Assembly (NCBI GenBank): GCA_963803145.1
Contig: CAWDLW010000020.1
Location: forward strand, 96,001-160,000
From: Methanotrichaceae archaeon
GTDB taxonomy: Archaea; Halobacteriota; Methanosarcinia; Methanotrichales; Methanotrichaceae
DNA: 64,000 nt
Direction: 5' to 3'
The notes under the pieces: generated by a model
What the model saw: the letters and a program-made list of their open reading frames with translations, nothing else
Told to the model about the DNA's origin: nothing
Databases searched by the model: none
Translations under genes and position numbers: made by a program
Shown: positions 20,293 through 31,311 of the stretch, in pieces
How positions within the stretch are numbered: position 1 is the first letter of the stretch
How the letters are laid out: each line of letters begins with the position of its first letter

Positions 20293-20870
20293 GTGAGACA
20301 ATTGGTCGATTCTAATGCCAGGTTGACAGTAATGATTGAATCTACGCAAGCATGGGCTCAGACCTTTGAAGAGATCAGAAAATGCCGAATTTGCGGATTG
20401 GATATAGAGACCACTGGTTTAGACCCCTTGGTATCAAGAGTCCGGATGGTTCATCTGGCGCTTCCTGATGACAGAATTTACGTAGCAGATATATTTGATT
20501 TGGGAGATAAAGCCCTGTACAATCTGAGTCCCAAGGGCGAAGGCTGAAGTTTCAGAACATGTTTGACACAATGCTCGCCTCCCAGGTATGCTGGGCAGGC
20601 GTCTATAATTTGGTGCCTTCGAAATTGCCCAAGAATCCCTGGAAGAAAAAAGTTCCTGACCATAGCCTCGAGGCCCTGGCAGAACGGCATCTTGATGTTA
20701 TTTTAGATAAAAGCCTACCGGCGTATGATTGGAATGCAAAACATATTGCCTCCGAGCAGATAGCCTATGCAGACAGGAAGTCTGAAGTACTTCTGCCCCT
20801 CCATAAAATTGTGCTTGAACGAATAAGCGCCATAAAAGATGTGTTGGGGAAAAATCGCACATGTATTTAG
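20293..20870 (+). pseudogene. Family A DNA polymerase (Pol I-like) 3'-5' exonuclease domain remnant
   Basis: GLDIETTGLDP, FDTMLASQ, HSLEALAERHL..LDKS and W....EQIAYA split over two ORFs; no polymerase domain. Confidence 0.8.
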
Positions 20871-21391
20871 ATATTTTCAAGGATGATGTTGAAAGGCACC
20901 GAATTTCGTATTATATCTCCAACAGGGGATGTTCTCTGAACATGTTCAGAAAGTTCTCTAATTTTCTCTTGTGATGCGTCGCTTTTTACCTTGCAAGTTA
21001 CCTTGATGTTTTGATAACCTGGTCTAACTTTATCGGACACGCCCAAGAACCCCCTGAGATCTAAGTCGCCTTCCAATGAAATAGTTAGCGACTCCAAGTT
21101 TATTCCCCAAGCTGCGGCATTGTAAGCAAATCCGATTACCAGACATGACCCTAGGGCTGCTAGAATAGTTTCCACTGGATTGGGAACCCTATTGGTTCCG
21201 AGATACGATAATGGCTCATCACCTTCTATTAGGAACTCTCTGATTTTCGTCTTAGAGTATGCTCCGTTGACCCATTCAGTATTTGCCTTAAACTTGACTT
21301 GAGCCTTAACCGGATCTGCCTTGATATTATCAATAATTTCTATTAATTTATCGACATTTACACCGTTTTTGATAGTACTCATAGAAAACAC
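20867..21391 (-). CDS. OsmC family protein
   Basis: DEP..LGTN..PNPVE.ILAALGSCL, LEGDLDLRGFLG, TSPV. Confidence 0.9.
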   Translation of the reverse strand: MFSMSTIKNGVNVDKLIEIIDNIKADPVKAQVKFKANTEWVNGAYSKTKIREFLIEGDEPLSYLGTNRVPNPVETILAALGSCLVIGFAYNAAAWGINLESLTISLEGDLDLRGFLGVSDKVRPGYQNIKVTCKVKSDASQEKIRELSEHVQRTSPVGDIIRNSVPFNIILENI

Positions 21392-21708
21392 TCCTCCCTT
21401 AATTAGCTAAGATTTCCATAATTTATCTGTTACTAATACTAATTAAATTTTTGTAAATTCCTTAAATAGGCGTAAATAACACAGTCAAACTGCCGCGGCG
21501 TACTCCACTGCAGGCGAGGTAATACGATAAAAAAGTTGAGAAGACGCTGTTCCAAACCACGATCTGCCCTCATAGCTTGCCCGTGAGGTGCGATGGCATA
21601 CGATGATAGAAGTAGGATTGAATCCATCCAACAAGAATTATGCAAGACGAGGGATACATGTATAGGTATTGTCTTCTGTGATAGATTCTTTTTAGGAGAA
21701 GGAGGAAA

Positions 21709-22125
21709 GTGAAGAAGATGCAAAAAAATGCAGTGGATGAGGACGAAATCGCTTCAATGAAGAAAGATATAAACGATGCCTTGGGAGCAAACTATAACGA
21801 AAGAAAACAAGCACTAGATAGCAGATTCATCGAACTGAGGCTGGGCACTCCAGAGAAGAAAGACTACAAGCTCATGGAAGATACTATTGCCGAATTGAAG
21901 GCAGAGATAAGGGATAGCGACGACTTGGAATACACGGACGATGATTACGAGGAAGTGACCAAGGAGTTCTATGAAGAGCTCATCGATGAGGAGGCGGGCA
22001 TAAACTTGCGTGGCAGGGCGGTCATTGACTTCGTGATCGATAGGCTGAAAGACATCCTTGAGGGTCTTGAGATTGGGGGCGAAAGCGAATTGGAATACTG
22101 CCATCATGATCGGAATCTTTGTTAA
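21709..22125 (+). CDS. Hypothetical acidic protein
   Basis: GGAGG RBS; 138-aa ORF. Confidence 0.5.
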   Translation: MKKMQKNAVDEDEIASMKKDINDALGANYNERKQALDSRFIELRLGTPEKKDYKLMEDTIAELKAEIRDSDDLEYTDDDYEEVTKEFYEELIDEEAGINLRGRAVIDFVIDRLKDILEGLEIGGESELEYCHHDRNLC

Positions 22126-22159
22126 CAGATTCAAGATGGGTTTAATCAATGTCCAGGAT

Positions 22160-22459
22160 CTGGATACTTTGAGGGCCTGGAAAGCGCTGATGTAGGGGAG
22201 CTGGCATTCGCCGCAGGGTAAGCATGCTGAAGTACTCCAGGAGATGTGCCGAGGCGTCAGCAGTTCAGGCTTACAGGAGAAAATGGATCGCGCTGGCTCT
22301 AGGGATGGAGATAAGCTATGTGGTTAAGGATGCTGACAGGCGGGAAGTGGATATGGCGAGGCAGCCTCGAGGTTCGACGTTGAATACTATGGGAAGATGA
22401 TGGAGAAGGTTTGGGGGAAGACATTTGTTTTTGAACAAGTTGGACCTTGCAATGACTGA
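22160..22459 (+). pseudogene. C-terminal remnant of a family B (PolB2-like) DNA polymerase
   Basis: Manual translation across two frameshifts: ELA-IRRRVSMLKYSRRCAEASAVQAYRRK..LGMEISYVVKDA..EVD / FDVEYYGKMMEKVW; not in the ORF track. Confidence 0.7.
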
Positions 22460-22945
22460 TCCATGGGAGAGCAATAGCCTGATTGGCGGGGTGAGTTGCC
22501 ACGGGCAAGGAGCTTTGAGAGTGTGAGAATGGGCATGAAAGCCTCCTTGAACCTACATACCCTCTTCAACTAGCCCCTTACTTTGGGCTTGGAATGTTCA
22601 CTTACATATCACTTAGGGCCCACTTTTGGTGCCCTTCAATCCAGCTCGATAGATTATAGGGGTGAACCCTCGAAGACCTGCATAACGCCTTTAAGGCCAT
22701 GCCCTCTAAGCAAGGTAATAACTTGGGTTGGCGGAGTATGAGATGGGAGAGTGAGGGACGATGTGTCCAGAAGCGTTTACGATAGGGTGATGATATAGGT
22801 TGCAGATAAATAGAGCTCAAGCTCTCAAAGATGTAATAGGAATAATGAATTGCATAGATGAAGGCAAATATGACCCCTACTTCTCCTACTGCGCCTATTG
22901 CTCAGAATTCAGGTCGATATGTCCTTATGCAACAGTGGCAGAGGA

Positions 22946-23713
22946 ATGAAAATGAAACACTTAAGCCAAGTAGATATTTCGCCTACAATCGCCCATATGC
23001 TGGGGATAAGCATACCTGAGCCGGATGGTGGATTGATTAAGGATGTGGAGGGCTGGAGGTGCCAGAATGTTATTCTAGTGATCATAGATAGTTTAGGCTA
23101 CGACCTCTACAGATGGCTGGAACCTGAGTTGAAGAACATGCCTGCTCTCTCCAAACATGGCCTAGTTCTGAGCGCCAGGGCAGTTTCAAATCACACTTCG
23201 CCAGCCATTGCTTCAATCCTCAGCGGACTGCTGCCAGAACATCACCGAATCATCGATACCGAGAGTGCCAAGATGTCTCCCTTCTTGAGCATTCCTGAGA
23301 TTGCCAGTACGCTCGGTTTGAGGTCTGCTGTCGTTATGGAGAAAGGCGGGGCCGAAATCTACGAAGGATTGATCGAGTTTATTGGGGCAGTTCCTCGCAC
23401 CCTTAGCCCACCTGACTTTGATAGGGAGATCTGTCGCCTCTCATTGGATGCTTTGTCCTCCAATCCTCGTCTTCTGGTGTCATACTTCATAGGAATTGAC
23501 AAAGCAGCTCATAATGGCCTTTCATCTGATGGTTTCAAGGAGGCTGCATTGGGCATTGATTATTACATAGGGGAGATTTCATGTGCTGCCCAGCCAAGAA
23601 CAATGATGGTTGTTGTCGGAGATCATCCTATTCACGCGGGACAGTTCAAAAGGACTCACGATCCATATTGCGTGGCTCTTATAATTGGAAGGAAAGGCTC
23701 TGGCACCGCATGA
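22946..23713 (+). CDS. Alkaline phosphatase superfamily protein (type I phosphodiesterase-like)
   Basis: IIDSLG, TSPAIASILSGLLPEHH, IDKAAH, VGDH; QVDISPTIA segment at the N-terminus. Confidence 0.8.
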   Translation: MKMKHLSQVDISPTIAHMLGISIPEPDGGLIKDVEGWRCQNVILVIIDSLGYDLYRWLEPELKNMPALSKHGLVLSARAVSNHTSPAIASILSGLLPEHHRIIDTESAKMSPFLSIPEIASTLGLRSAVVMEKGGAEIYEGLIEFIGAVPRTLSPPDFDREICRLSLDALSSNPRLLVSYFIGIDKAAHNGLSSDGFKEAALGIDYYIGEISCAAQPRTMMVVVGDHPIHAGQFKRTHDPYCVALIIGRKGSGTA

Positions 23714-24213
23714 TTTAATGGAATCGGCGCCCTACGAATCTTAATCCTCTCTGAGCCCAGAACCATCTCAATCGACTATGTCATCCAACGTCTGGTAGCT
23801 CCAAAGTGGATATTTGCCAAGGACCTCAATCGCAACCTCAACCTGCAGAGGCTCAGGGTAATCTACGCCCCGGGTGCAGATCCCTACCTAGCTGCTTTTA
23901 CTAGGGATTGTTCTCTTGAGTCTTCAAAGAAGTCTTGCTCGCTCATGCAAACCAACTCTGCTTATTCTCGATCACCAAACATTTCAATATTTTATCATCT
24001 TTCTGCGATCCCCTACCTAATCATGATTTATTAAAGTTGCCCTCATACTTTAAGAGGTTGGTTAAGAAATCCGATAGAGTATTCTACTTTAATGAAGGAC
24101 TGAAGGCTAAGATAAGAATAGTAGCAAATGCAATTTCGAGTTTACCTAAGAACTAGACATCGTTGGAGGCGTTTTCGTAATCTTTTAGCATAGCGCTTGG
24201 CCTGTGAGTAGCC

Positions 24214-24445
24214 ATGGGTGGAAGCTTTGAGAGCATAAGGATGGCCGTGAAGGAGATCTCAGCCAGGTGGCTGAAGGCTTCAAAGGCGCTGAAGAAAGAG
24301 GACCAGATTTACGGGCAGATGATTGCTGAGATGGCCAAGAAGCATTCAAGCGAGAGCATTCTATGCTTTAGATGATCCATTAGAGGTAGCTATATTTTCG
24401 GATCTGGTGGACATGATGAAAGAACTAGAAAAACGGCATAACTGA
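24214..24445 (+). pseudogene. Frameshifted small alpha-helical PolB2-associated-like protein
   Basis: MGGSFESIRMAVKEISARWLKASKALKKEDQIYGQMIAEMAKKHSSE / (1-nt insertion ~24355) AFYALDDPLEVAIFS. Confidence 0.65.
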
Positions 24446-24911
24446 AGGATTTTCATAAGGCAGCAAAAATTAATTCCTAAGACGCCCTTTAAGGCAAAGC
24501 TCTCTGGGCAAGGTAATAACATAAAGGAATGGTGGAATGCAACTCAGTAGAAGGGAGAACGATGGGAGTAGAAGCGAGGACGATAGAGTTACAGGATAGG
24601 TAGGGAAACGATGGGTCATGTCTAGATATAGTTCCTTCGCTCCAGGGAAGACTAGATACTACACTTAATAATTGAGCGAAAGGTGAGTAGAGCCTTCGAA
24701 CCTATTGGGGCGGGGTATCGGAGGCTCCCTATATGCTAAAAGGATTTTAAACTATTTAAATTTAATTAATTGTTCAGCGACCTAATTAATCGCTAGGAAT
24801 AGTCATGATAGTAATATCCATAATAGGAAATTTTTGATAGTAATCTTATGATTAGTATCGGAGTCCTTTTATGGTGATACAGCACGATAAAAAGGAGGAG
24901 CAAAGTATCAG

Positions 24912-26477
24912 ATGAAAAATAGCACAGGCGAGAACAGTACTCATGAAATAACGGCAAAAGAGGCATACAGAAGACTTCTGAATATTTCTACAGAGATGTC
25001 CTACATAGACACAATGATAAGCCTCTCAAAATGGGATCAGAGCATTTCAATGCCCCAGAATGCTACTGATTATCGAGCAATGGCTCAGGGCTATATGGTG
25101 GATTTGAAAAACAAGAAGTATACAGATCCCGAATTCGGAAGGCTGCTTGCAATTGCCAATAATGATAGCAATTGGTCTTTGATAGAAACCGCCAATCTGC
25201 GGTTATGGAATCGTGACTACAATAAAAGGATCAAACTCCCCTCTGATTTCGCCGCTCGTGACTCAGAGATGGCATCTTTAGCTCAGGCTGCCTGGGAAGA
25301 AGCTCGTAAGAAGAATAATTACTCTATTTTCGAACCTCGCCTGAGGGCTCTTATTCAGCTGAACAAAGAGAAGGCCAAATATTGGGGCTATAATGAACAT
25401 CCCTACGATGCTCTCATAGACACTTTTATACCTGGCATGACTGTGGCCAAGTTGGATAAAATTTTTGATTACGTCACGCCTCATATCATCAATCTGATAG
25501 CGAGGATAAAAGAATCCAACGAGACCTCTTCAAAAAGCATCTATAGCGACTCATTATATCCTGAAGAAAAGCAGGCTGAACTCATAAAGAATATAACATC
25601 TGCTCTGGGCTTTAACTATGGTTCTGGGCTTATGATTAAGACCAAGAGGCACCCAGAGACTATGGATATCGGGATACATGATATCAGAACCAGCTTACGT
25701 TATGATGAACATAACCCTGAGATCGCCATCATGACTGCAATTCATGAAGGTGGTCATGGCATTGCCGCTCAAGGGATTCCAGATGAGTACTATAGAATGC
25801 CAATAGGAATATACCCACGCCTGGGAGAATATCCAGGCATGGCTGTGGCCGAGGCTGAGTCGAGACTGTTCGAGAACAATCTGGGCCGCAGCAGGGCTTT
25901 TTGGCAGTACTGGTTGCCTCAGATGAAAAGAGTATTCAAACCAGTGATGGATAACATCACCCTGGATGATATGTATAGGCGCATTAATAGGCTTAATATT
26001 ACTCCTATTCGCATTAATGCAGATGAGATATCTTACATCCTCCATGTTCTCATTCGTTATGAGATTGAGCGTGATCTCTTTGAGGGAAATATTGACGTAG
26101 ATGAATTGCCGATGGTCTGGAAACAAAAGTACAAGGAATTTTTAGGACTGGATATTACCGATGACAATGATGGCATACTCCAGGACGTTCATTGGGCTGC
26201 AGGGAACTTTGGCTACTTCCCAGCTTATATCCTAGGTTCTATGAATGCAGCTCAGCTTGAGGCAGCTATGAGACGAGACCATCCGGATCTAGACCAGAGA
26301 TTCGCATCAGGCGATTTCTCCATTCCTGTTTTATGGATGCAGGAGCACATATACAAGCATGGTGCTATCTACAATACAACTGAGCTGATGAAGAATGCAA
26401 CAGGAAAAGAGACCGAGCCTTATGATTTCCTGAACTACCTGAATAGTAAATACAAGAAAATATACAATCTCAAATGA
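24912..26477 (+). CDS. Carboxypeptidase, M32 (Taq) family
   Basis: WDQ...MP, HPYDALID, HEGGH, AESRLFEN, IRINADE, GILQDVHW, FGYFPAY. Confidence 0.93.
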   Translation: MKNSTGENSTHEITAKEAYRRLLNISTEMSYIDTMISLSKWDQSISMPQNATDYRAMAQGYMVDLKNKKYTDPEFGRLLAIANNDSNWSLIETANLRLWNRDYNKRIKLPSDFAARDSEMASLAQAAWEEARKKNNYSIFEPRLRALIQLNKEKAKYWGYNEHPYDALIDTFIPGMTVAKLDKIFDYVTPHIINLIARIKESNETSSKSIYSDSLYPEEKQAELIKNITSALGFNYGSGLMIKTKRHPETMDIGIHDIRTSLRYDEHNPEIAIMTAIHEGGHGIAAQGIPDEYYRMPIGIYPRLGEYPGMAVAEAESRLFENNLGRSRAFWQYWLPQMKRVFKPVMDNITLDDMYRRINRLNITPIRINADEISYILHVLIRYEIERDLFEGNIDVDELPMVWKQKYKEFLGLDITDDNDGILQDVHWAAGNFGYFPAYILGSMNAAQLEAAMRRDHPDLDQRFASGDFSIPVLWMQEHIYKHGAIYNTTELMKNATGKETEPYDFLNYLNSKYKKIYNLK

Positions 26478-26516
26478 TACACAACACTTGAGAAGCTGCA
26501 GTAAATCCAAAAGGCT

Positions 26517-27785
26517 CTATAGGCTTTGCAGGTTCAATCTATTTCTGAATAGATAGTATGTGCCTCCTAGGATCAATCCGATTATACCAGCTACCCATGC
26601 TTCTTTGGATATGAAGAATAAGATTATCAGCAATCCAAGACACGATGTAAAACCCACAATGGGCACAGCTTTCCCATGGATCTCTTTCATGGACCGCAAC
26701 TTTAGATAAGAGAAGTTGGCAAGTGAATAATAGACTAGCTGGCAAAAAGTACTAATCGCTACTACGCCGGTTAGGTTTACGGAAAAAGCCAGTAAGGTCA
26801 TGATGATGCCTGCGATCCCGATAGCATAATATGGTGTATTATATTTCGGATGTAGCCAGCCAAATGCACCAGGCAGCGCGCTCCGCAGAGCCATAGCATA
26901 AGCCTCGCGTGATACACCCAGTATGGATGTCAGCAGGACACTGGCAGTTGACATTATACCTCCGATGGTGATTATGTAGACTGCAACTGGACTTCCTGTT
27001 GCCCTCATGGCGCTTGATAGGGGCGAACTTGAACTTGAAAGCCCACCTGCTCCGACCAGCCCTATAGCAACAAATCCTATAGCTAGATAAACGACTGTGG
27101 ATATCAGTAATGATAGTAAAATTGCTCTTGGAACTGTATGTTCTGCATCCTTCACTTCTTCAGCAATAACCGCTACTCTTGCAAAGCCTCCATAGGCGAA
27201 GAAGATGTAGCAGGCTCCATAGATTATACCTTCGTAAGAAGGCACAAAAGGCCTGAAATTCCTCAAATTTATGTAGCCTAAACCGAACATGACAAATAAC
27301 AACAATATGATGAGCTTCGTGCCCACCAGGAAGTTGTTCAATAATGCGCTCTTCTTAATTCCAATGTAATTGAGCATAGTGAAGGCTAAACAGAGAAATG
27401 CTGCGATCAGCTTCGGATTGAAAATAGGAAAAAGCATTGTGAAATAGTAAGCGAAGCCTAATGCGACTGCAGCGCCGCCAAAAGTATTGCCCAGAATCCA
27501 CATCCAACCTGCTATGAAGCCTGCGAAAGGAGAGATGAGCCTATATGAGAACTCATAAACGCTTCCTTCTCTCGGGAGCCAGGCAGTTAGCCCTGCGAAA
27601 CTCAATGCGGTAAAAAGAGAGACTGCTGCAGCAATCATAATGGATATGAGAAGCGCAGGCCCAGCCATGCCTGCGATTATGCCGATCACGACAAATATTC
27701 CAGCTCCGATGATGGCACCCACATTTATAGCTGTGGCATCGAGAAGTCCCAGCGTCGGCTTCAATTTTAAGCGTTTATCATCCAT
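26517..27785 (-). CDS. APC-family amino acid permease
   Basis: About 12 TM helices; GAIIGAGIF, FFAYGGF, EEVKD...VPRAI. Confidence 0.93.
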   Translation of the reverse strand: MDDKRLKLKPTLGLLDATAINVGAIIGAGIFVVIGIIAGMAGPALLISIMIAAAVSLFTALSFAGLTAWLPREGSVYEFSYRLISPFAGFIAGWMWILGNTFGGAAVALGFAYYFTMLFPIFNPKLIAAFLCLAFTMLNYIGIKKSALLNNFLVGTKLIILLLFVMFGLGYINLRNFRPFVPSYEGIIYGACYIFFAYGGFARVAVIAEEVKDAEHTVPRAILLSLLISTVVYLAIGFVAIGLVGAGGLSSSSSPLSSAMRATGSPVAVYIITIGGIMSTASVLLTSILGVSREAYAMALRSALPGAFGWLHPKYNTPYYAIGIAGIIMTLLAFSVNLTGVVAISTFCQLVYYSLANFSYLKLRSMKEIHGKAVPIVGFTSCLGLLIILFFISKEAWVAGIIGLILGGTYYLFRNRLNLQSL

Positions 27786-28045
27786 AGTTTGGCCTGGGAA
27801 GAATTTTGTTTGATAGAACTAGTGCTCGAATCCTCTAAATCATTTTGGAGTGTAATTATGGGTCAGTCGGATTAAGGAAAAATTTTTCATTATTAGATGG
27901 ACCTGCCGGCTAATTGATTGGGGGTCTTGTCTCTTGCTCTAAGATTGCAATCTCTCTTTTGCTATGATCCGATTTCAATCGATGCTTCTACAACCTATAA
28001 TATTTTTTAGTAATGTTTACTAACTTTAAATGAAATTATATTCAT

Positions 28046-28303
28046 ATGGCTAAAGAAGAGTATAAGCAGCTATCCTGCATGGATATAGGCATGCCATGCG
28101 GATTCCAAGTGCGGGCAAAGACTGAAAAAGAGATCATGGAGCTTACAAAAAAGCACGCGACTGAAGTACATGGCATGAAAGAAATTTGGCCGGAAACAGA
28201 AAGGAAAATCAACGAGAACATCAAGCCAGTATCCGTAGACGTACCTGAGAGCGCCACGAAGGAGAACGTCCGCAAAGCTCGACAGGACTTTGGCTTTAAA
28301 TAA
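28046..28303 (+). CDS. DUF1059 family small metal-binding protein
   Basis: CMDIGMPCGF...HATEVHG. Confidence 0.85.
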   Translation: MAKEEYKQLSCMDIGMPCGFQVRAKTEKEIMELTKKHATEVHGMKEIWPETERKINENIKPVSVDVPESATKENVRKARQDFGFK

Positions 28304-28638
28304 TTTGACACTTAAACCCTTTTTCAAGACATTAAATTTAATAACATAGTTTAAGGAAGCACAAGAAATGGTTAAGGAGGCTAATTATGCTCCATCACTG
28401 ATGTTCTAATTATTTTTGAATAACACGTACTAAATACAATGCCAGCACCGTATTATGATAGCTTTTATATCGATTCAGAGATTATAGCCTCAATATTACC
28501 ACCAATCCCAGTTTGGCTCTAGGAATTTAGGTTAGCCCTTCAGATGCTAAATGTAAAATGGTTATAATATCTTTGAGAGGATTTCTTAGCATAGAAATCT
28601 ATTTATCGAAACATCCTATTATAATTCTAAGTGATATT

Positions 28639-29061
28639 ATGAAAGTAAAAGATGAAATGACAAAAGATATAGTTGCAGTGGACTTTAATGCAACGGCTAA
28701 AGATGCTGCTAAAAAAATGGATTCAGAAAACGTAGGCTCTGTGCTTATCCTGGATAACGGCTTACTGAAAGGTCTTGTTACTGATAGGCAAATAGTCACA
28801 AAAGTTATAGCTGCTGATAAGAATCCGTCAAGTATTAAGGTAAACGAGTTCATGACCAAGAATCCTGTGACAATTAGCCCAGAAGCGGAGATACATGATG
28901 CCTGCCGGATTGTGGGAGAGCACGGTTATAGAAGGATTCCTGTTGTAGAGGGTGGAAAGCCTATAGGAATAATATCTGCCGCCGATCTCGTCGAGCATGC
29001 AAAAGCCTGCGATTTATGTACGCAGAATATCTTCAAAGAGCTTCAAAAAGCCGAAAGATAG
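28639..29061 (+). CDS. CBS domain protein
   Basis: VKDEMT, VGSVLI..GLVTDRQ, RRIPVV..GIISAADL. Confidence 0.9.
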   Translation: MKVKDEMTKDIVAVDFNATAKDAAKKMDSENVGSVLILDNGLLKGLVTDRQIVTKVIAADKNPSSIKVNEFMTKNPVTISPEAEIHDACRIVGEHGYRRIPVVEGGKPIGIISAADLVEHAKACDLCTQNIFKELQKAER

Positions 29062-29154
29062 TTTGGCATGAGATAACGGTTCTTTTAAATAGTAACAGCC
29101 ATATATATCAATAAACTTTCAAAGTATCGCATATCATAACGATACTAAAAGGAG

Positions 29155-29472
29155 ATGTTCTTAATGGCAGATGAAACTTTCATAATATGTCCTGATCTGG
29201 ATACCTATGCCGATCCTGAGCATAGCAAGTTGACCGTTGAAGCTGAGATTCCTGGGGTAGAGAAGAAAGATATAACCATCCACATGCACGAAGACAGCCT
29301 CACCCTATACGCCCCCAGAGAGACCGGAAATGTCGCCTACGCAGCTTCTGTCTCCATTTGCTGTCCTGTGAAATCCAAGGAGGCGAAGGCGAAATATGAG
29401 AACGGTCTCTTGAGAATCGAGGTTCCCTTCAAATCCGAGCCTGAGAATCCGATAAAAGTGCCTGTGGAATGA
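29155..29472 (+). CDS. Hsp20/alpha-crystallin small heat-shock protein
   Basis: AEIPGVEKKDI, AKAKYENGLLRIEVP. Confidence 0.9.
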   Translation: MFLMADETFIICPDLDTYADPEHSKLTVEAEIPGVEKKDITIHMHEDSLTLYAPRETGNVAYAASVSICCPVKSKEAKAKYENGLLRIEVPFKSEPENPIKVPVE

Positions 29473-29587
29473 GTCATACGGTCTGATGTTGAGGACAAAA
29501 TAACAATTAGTCCTAGGCTGACCTGGCATAATTAGGTTTTATCACGCACATTGTCGCAGCTGAAGTTAAACAGAGGAGGATAGTAAA

Positions 29588-30955
29588 ATGGCTGAAAAGA
29601 GCAACAAGCCGCTTATGACGGGATACATGATGTCAACCCAGATGCTTGAGGTCGACGGCTGCAATAGATGCCAAGAATGCATGAAAGTATGCACGACATT
29701 CAATGTGAGGCCCGACAGGCCTGGTGTGACACCAATGTATAAAATTGCGAAGTGGAGGGAGCTGACGGCCAGGACCCACAGTCTTAGGGCTAAGATATTT
29801 GGCCCAAAACCATTCGATGAGGATGAAATGACCGTCTATACAGAGGATTCTTACATGTGCACGACTTGCGGCGTGTGTGCGACCGTCTGTGAGGCAGGGA
29901 TCAAAACAGTGGACCTCTGGGAGGCCATGAGGCCCAACCTGGTAGACCGCGGCAATGGCCCTTATGGCAAGCAATCCTTCTTCCCCAAGTTGGTCCATGC
30001 AGACAAGAACCCATACCAGGCCAAGCAAGAGGATCGCCTCTGCTGGTTGCCCAAAGATGCCAAGGTGCTCGAATCTGGTAAGATAGCATATTTTGCAGGC
30101 TGTACTGCCGCTTACAGGCAGCAAGCCCTTGCAGTGTCTACCGTCAGGGTGCTCAACGCCCTGGGAGTGGATTTCTGTATGCTGGGCCAGGATGAGTGGT
30201 GCTGTGCCTCGGCGATGGTAAGAACAGGTCAGAGGCCGGTCATGAAAGAATGCGCTGTGCATAACATCGATGCTCTAAAAGATAGAGGAGTTGAAACAGT
30301 CCTCTTCGCCTGTGCAGGGTGTCTCAGGAATTCCGTCTTAGATTGGCCGCGTTGGTACGAAGGTTACATACCCTATGAGTCGATGCCGCTTTCAGTCTAC
30401 CTCAGAGAAAAAATAAGGAAGGACGAGGTGGTGTATAAGCAGCCAATAAACTTTAAAGTGACCTATCATGACCCTTGCCATAACGGAAGGCATCTAATGC
30501 ATATAAAGGGCAAAGACTGGTGTTTTGAGGCCCCACGTGATGTTTTGCAATCCATACCCGGACTCAGGTTCCAAGACATGGCCCGCAATAGGGCTTTGCA
30601 GAGGTGCTGCGGGGCTGGGGGAGGATTAAAAGCTGGCATGCCAGATGTGGCTCTGGACTGCGCTAAGGCCAGAGTCCAGGATGCAGATGCAATTGGATCA
30701 GAAGTCATAGCCAGTACCTGTCCCTTCTGCAGAAGGAACATTATGGATGGAAGAAATGATGCACAATCAAAAGTGAAGATACTGGATGTTGTAGAGATAA
30801 TGGCACTCTCCATGGGACTTGATACAACTGTACCCTCTAATCCCTATTCTAAATACCAGGAGCAAGATGTCCTGATCTGTACTCCCGCTGAGTGTAAGGT
30901 GGAAACAATCGAGCGCAAAGAGCCTGGCAAGGACCTGGTGGGCGAAGCTCATTGA
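29588..30955 (+). CDS. hdrD: Heterodisulfide reductase subunit D-like Fe-S protein
   Basis: CNRCQECMKVC, CTTCGVCATVC, YFAGCTA, WCCASA, ACAGC, TYHDPCH.GRH, CCGAGGG, CPFC; no hdrE neighbour. Confidence 0.75.
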   Translation: MAEKSNKPLMTGYMMSTQMLEVDGCNRCQECMKVCTTFNVRPDRPGVTPMYKIAKWRELTARTHSLRAKIFGPKPFDEDEMTVYTEDSYMCTTCGVCATVCEAGIKTVDLWEAMRPNLVDRGNGPYGKQSFFPKLVHADKNPYQAKQEDRLCWLPKDAKVLESGKIAYFAGCTAAYRQQALAVSTVRVLNALGVDFCMLGQDEWCCASAMVRTGQRPVMKECAVHNIDALKDRGVETVLFACAGCLRNSVLDWPRWYEGYIPYESMPLSVYLREKIRKDEVVYKQPINFKVTYHDPCHNGRHLMHIKGKDWCFEAPRDVLQSIPGLRFQDMARNRALQRCCGAGGGLKAGMPDVALDCAKARVQDADAIGSEVIASTCPFCRRNIMDGRNDAQSKVKILDVVEIMALSMGLDTTVPSNPYSKYQEQDVLICTPAECKVETIERKEPGKDLVGEAH

Positions 30956-31311
30956 AGAAGGTACCAAGATCGACCGGATGGGCCAGGAAATGCTCCTCTT
31001 GCACCTGGTTCGGCCTTCAATGAGATTGACGGAATTGCCGGTGGGGTATACGCTGGAAATAATCCGAATGCACCAGGATTTGTTAATGGGAATGCCAACG
31101 GTAATGCAGTTTCCCAGTATGATGTAGGCTGCTTTGAGGTTTCACAACAATCTAATGGCCACACTACGCCACAGCCACCAGTATCTGGTCCGTAATCCGA
31201 AAATTTAGGATTTATCTTTTTTAGTTCTTATATTTAGCCTTGCAGGCTATAGCAATTCATGAGCCTCCTTGATCGGCGCTAGAAGTTCCTTTCCCTTATC
31301 TGTGGTCTTAC

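Noticed and set aside
30949-31200. Pro/Gly-rich minus-strand ORF convergent on hdrD
   Set aside because: No recognisable family, RBS or convincing start.
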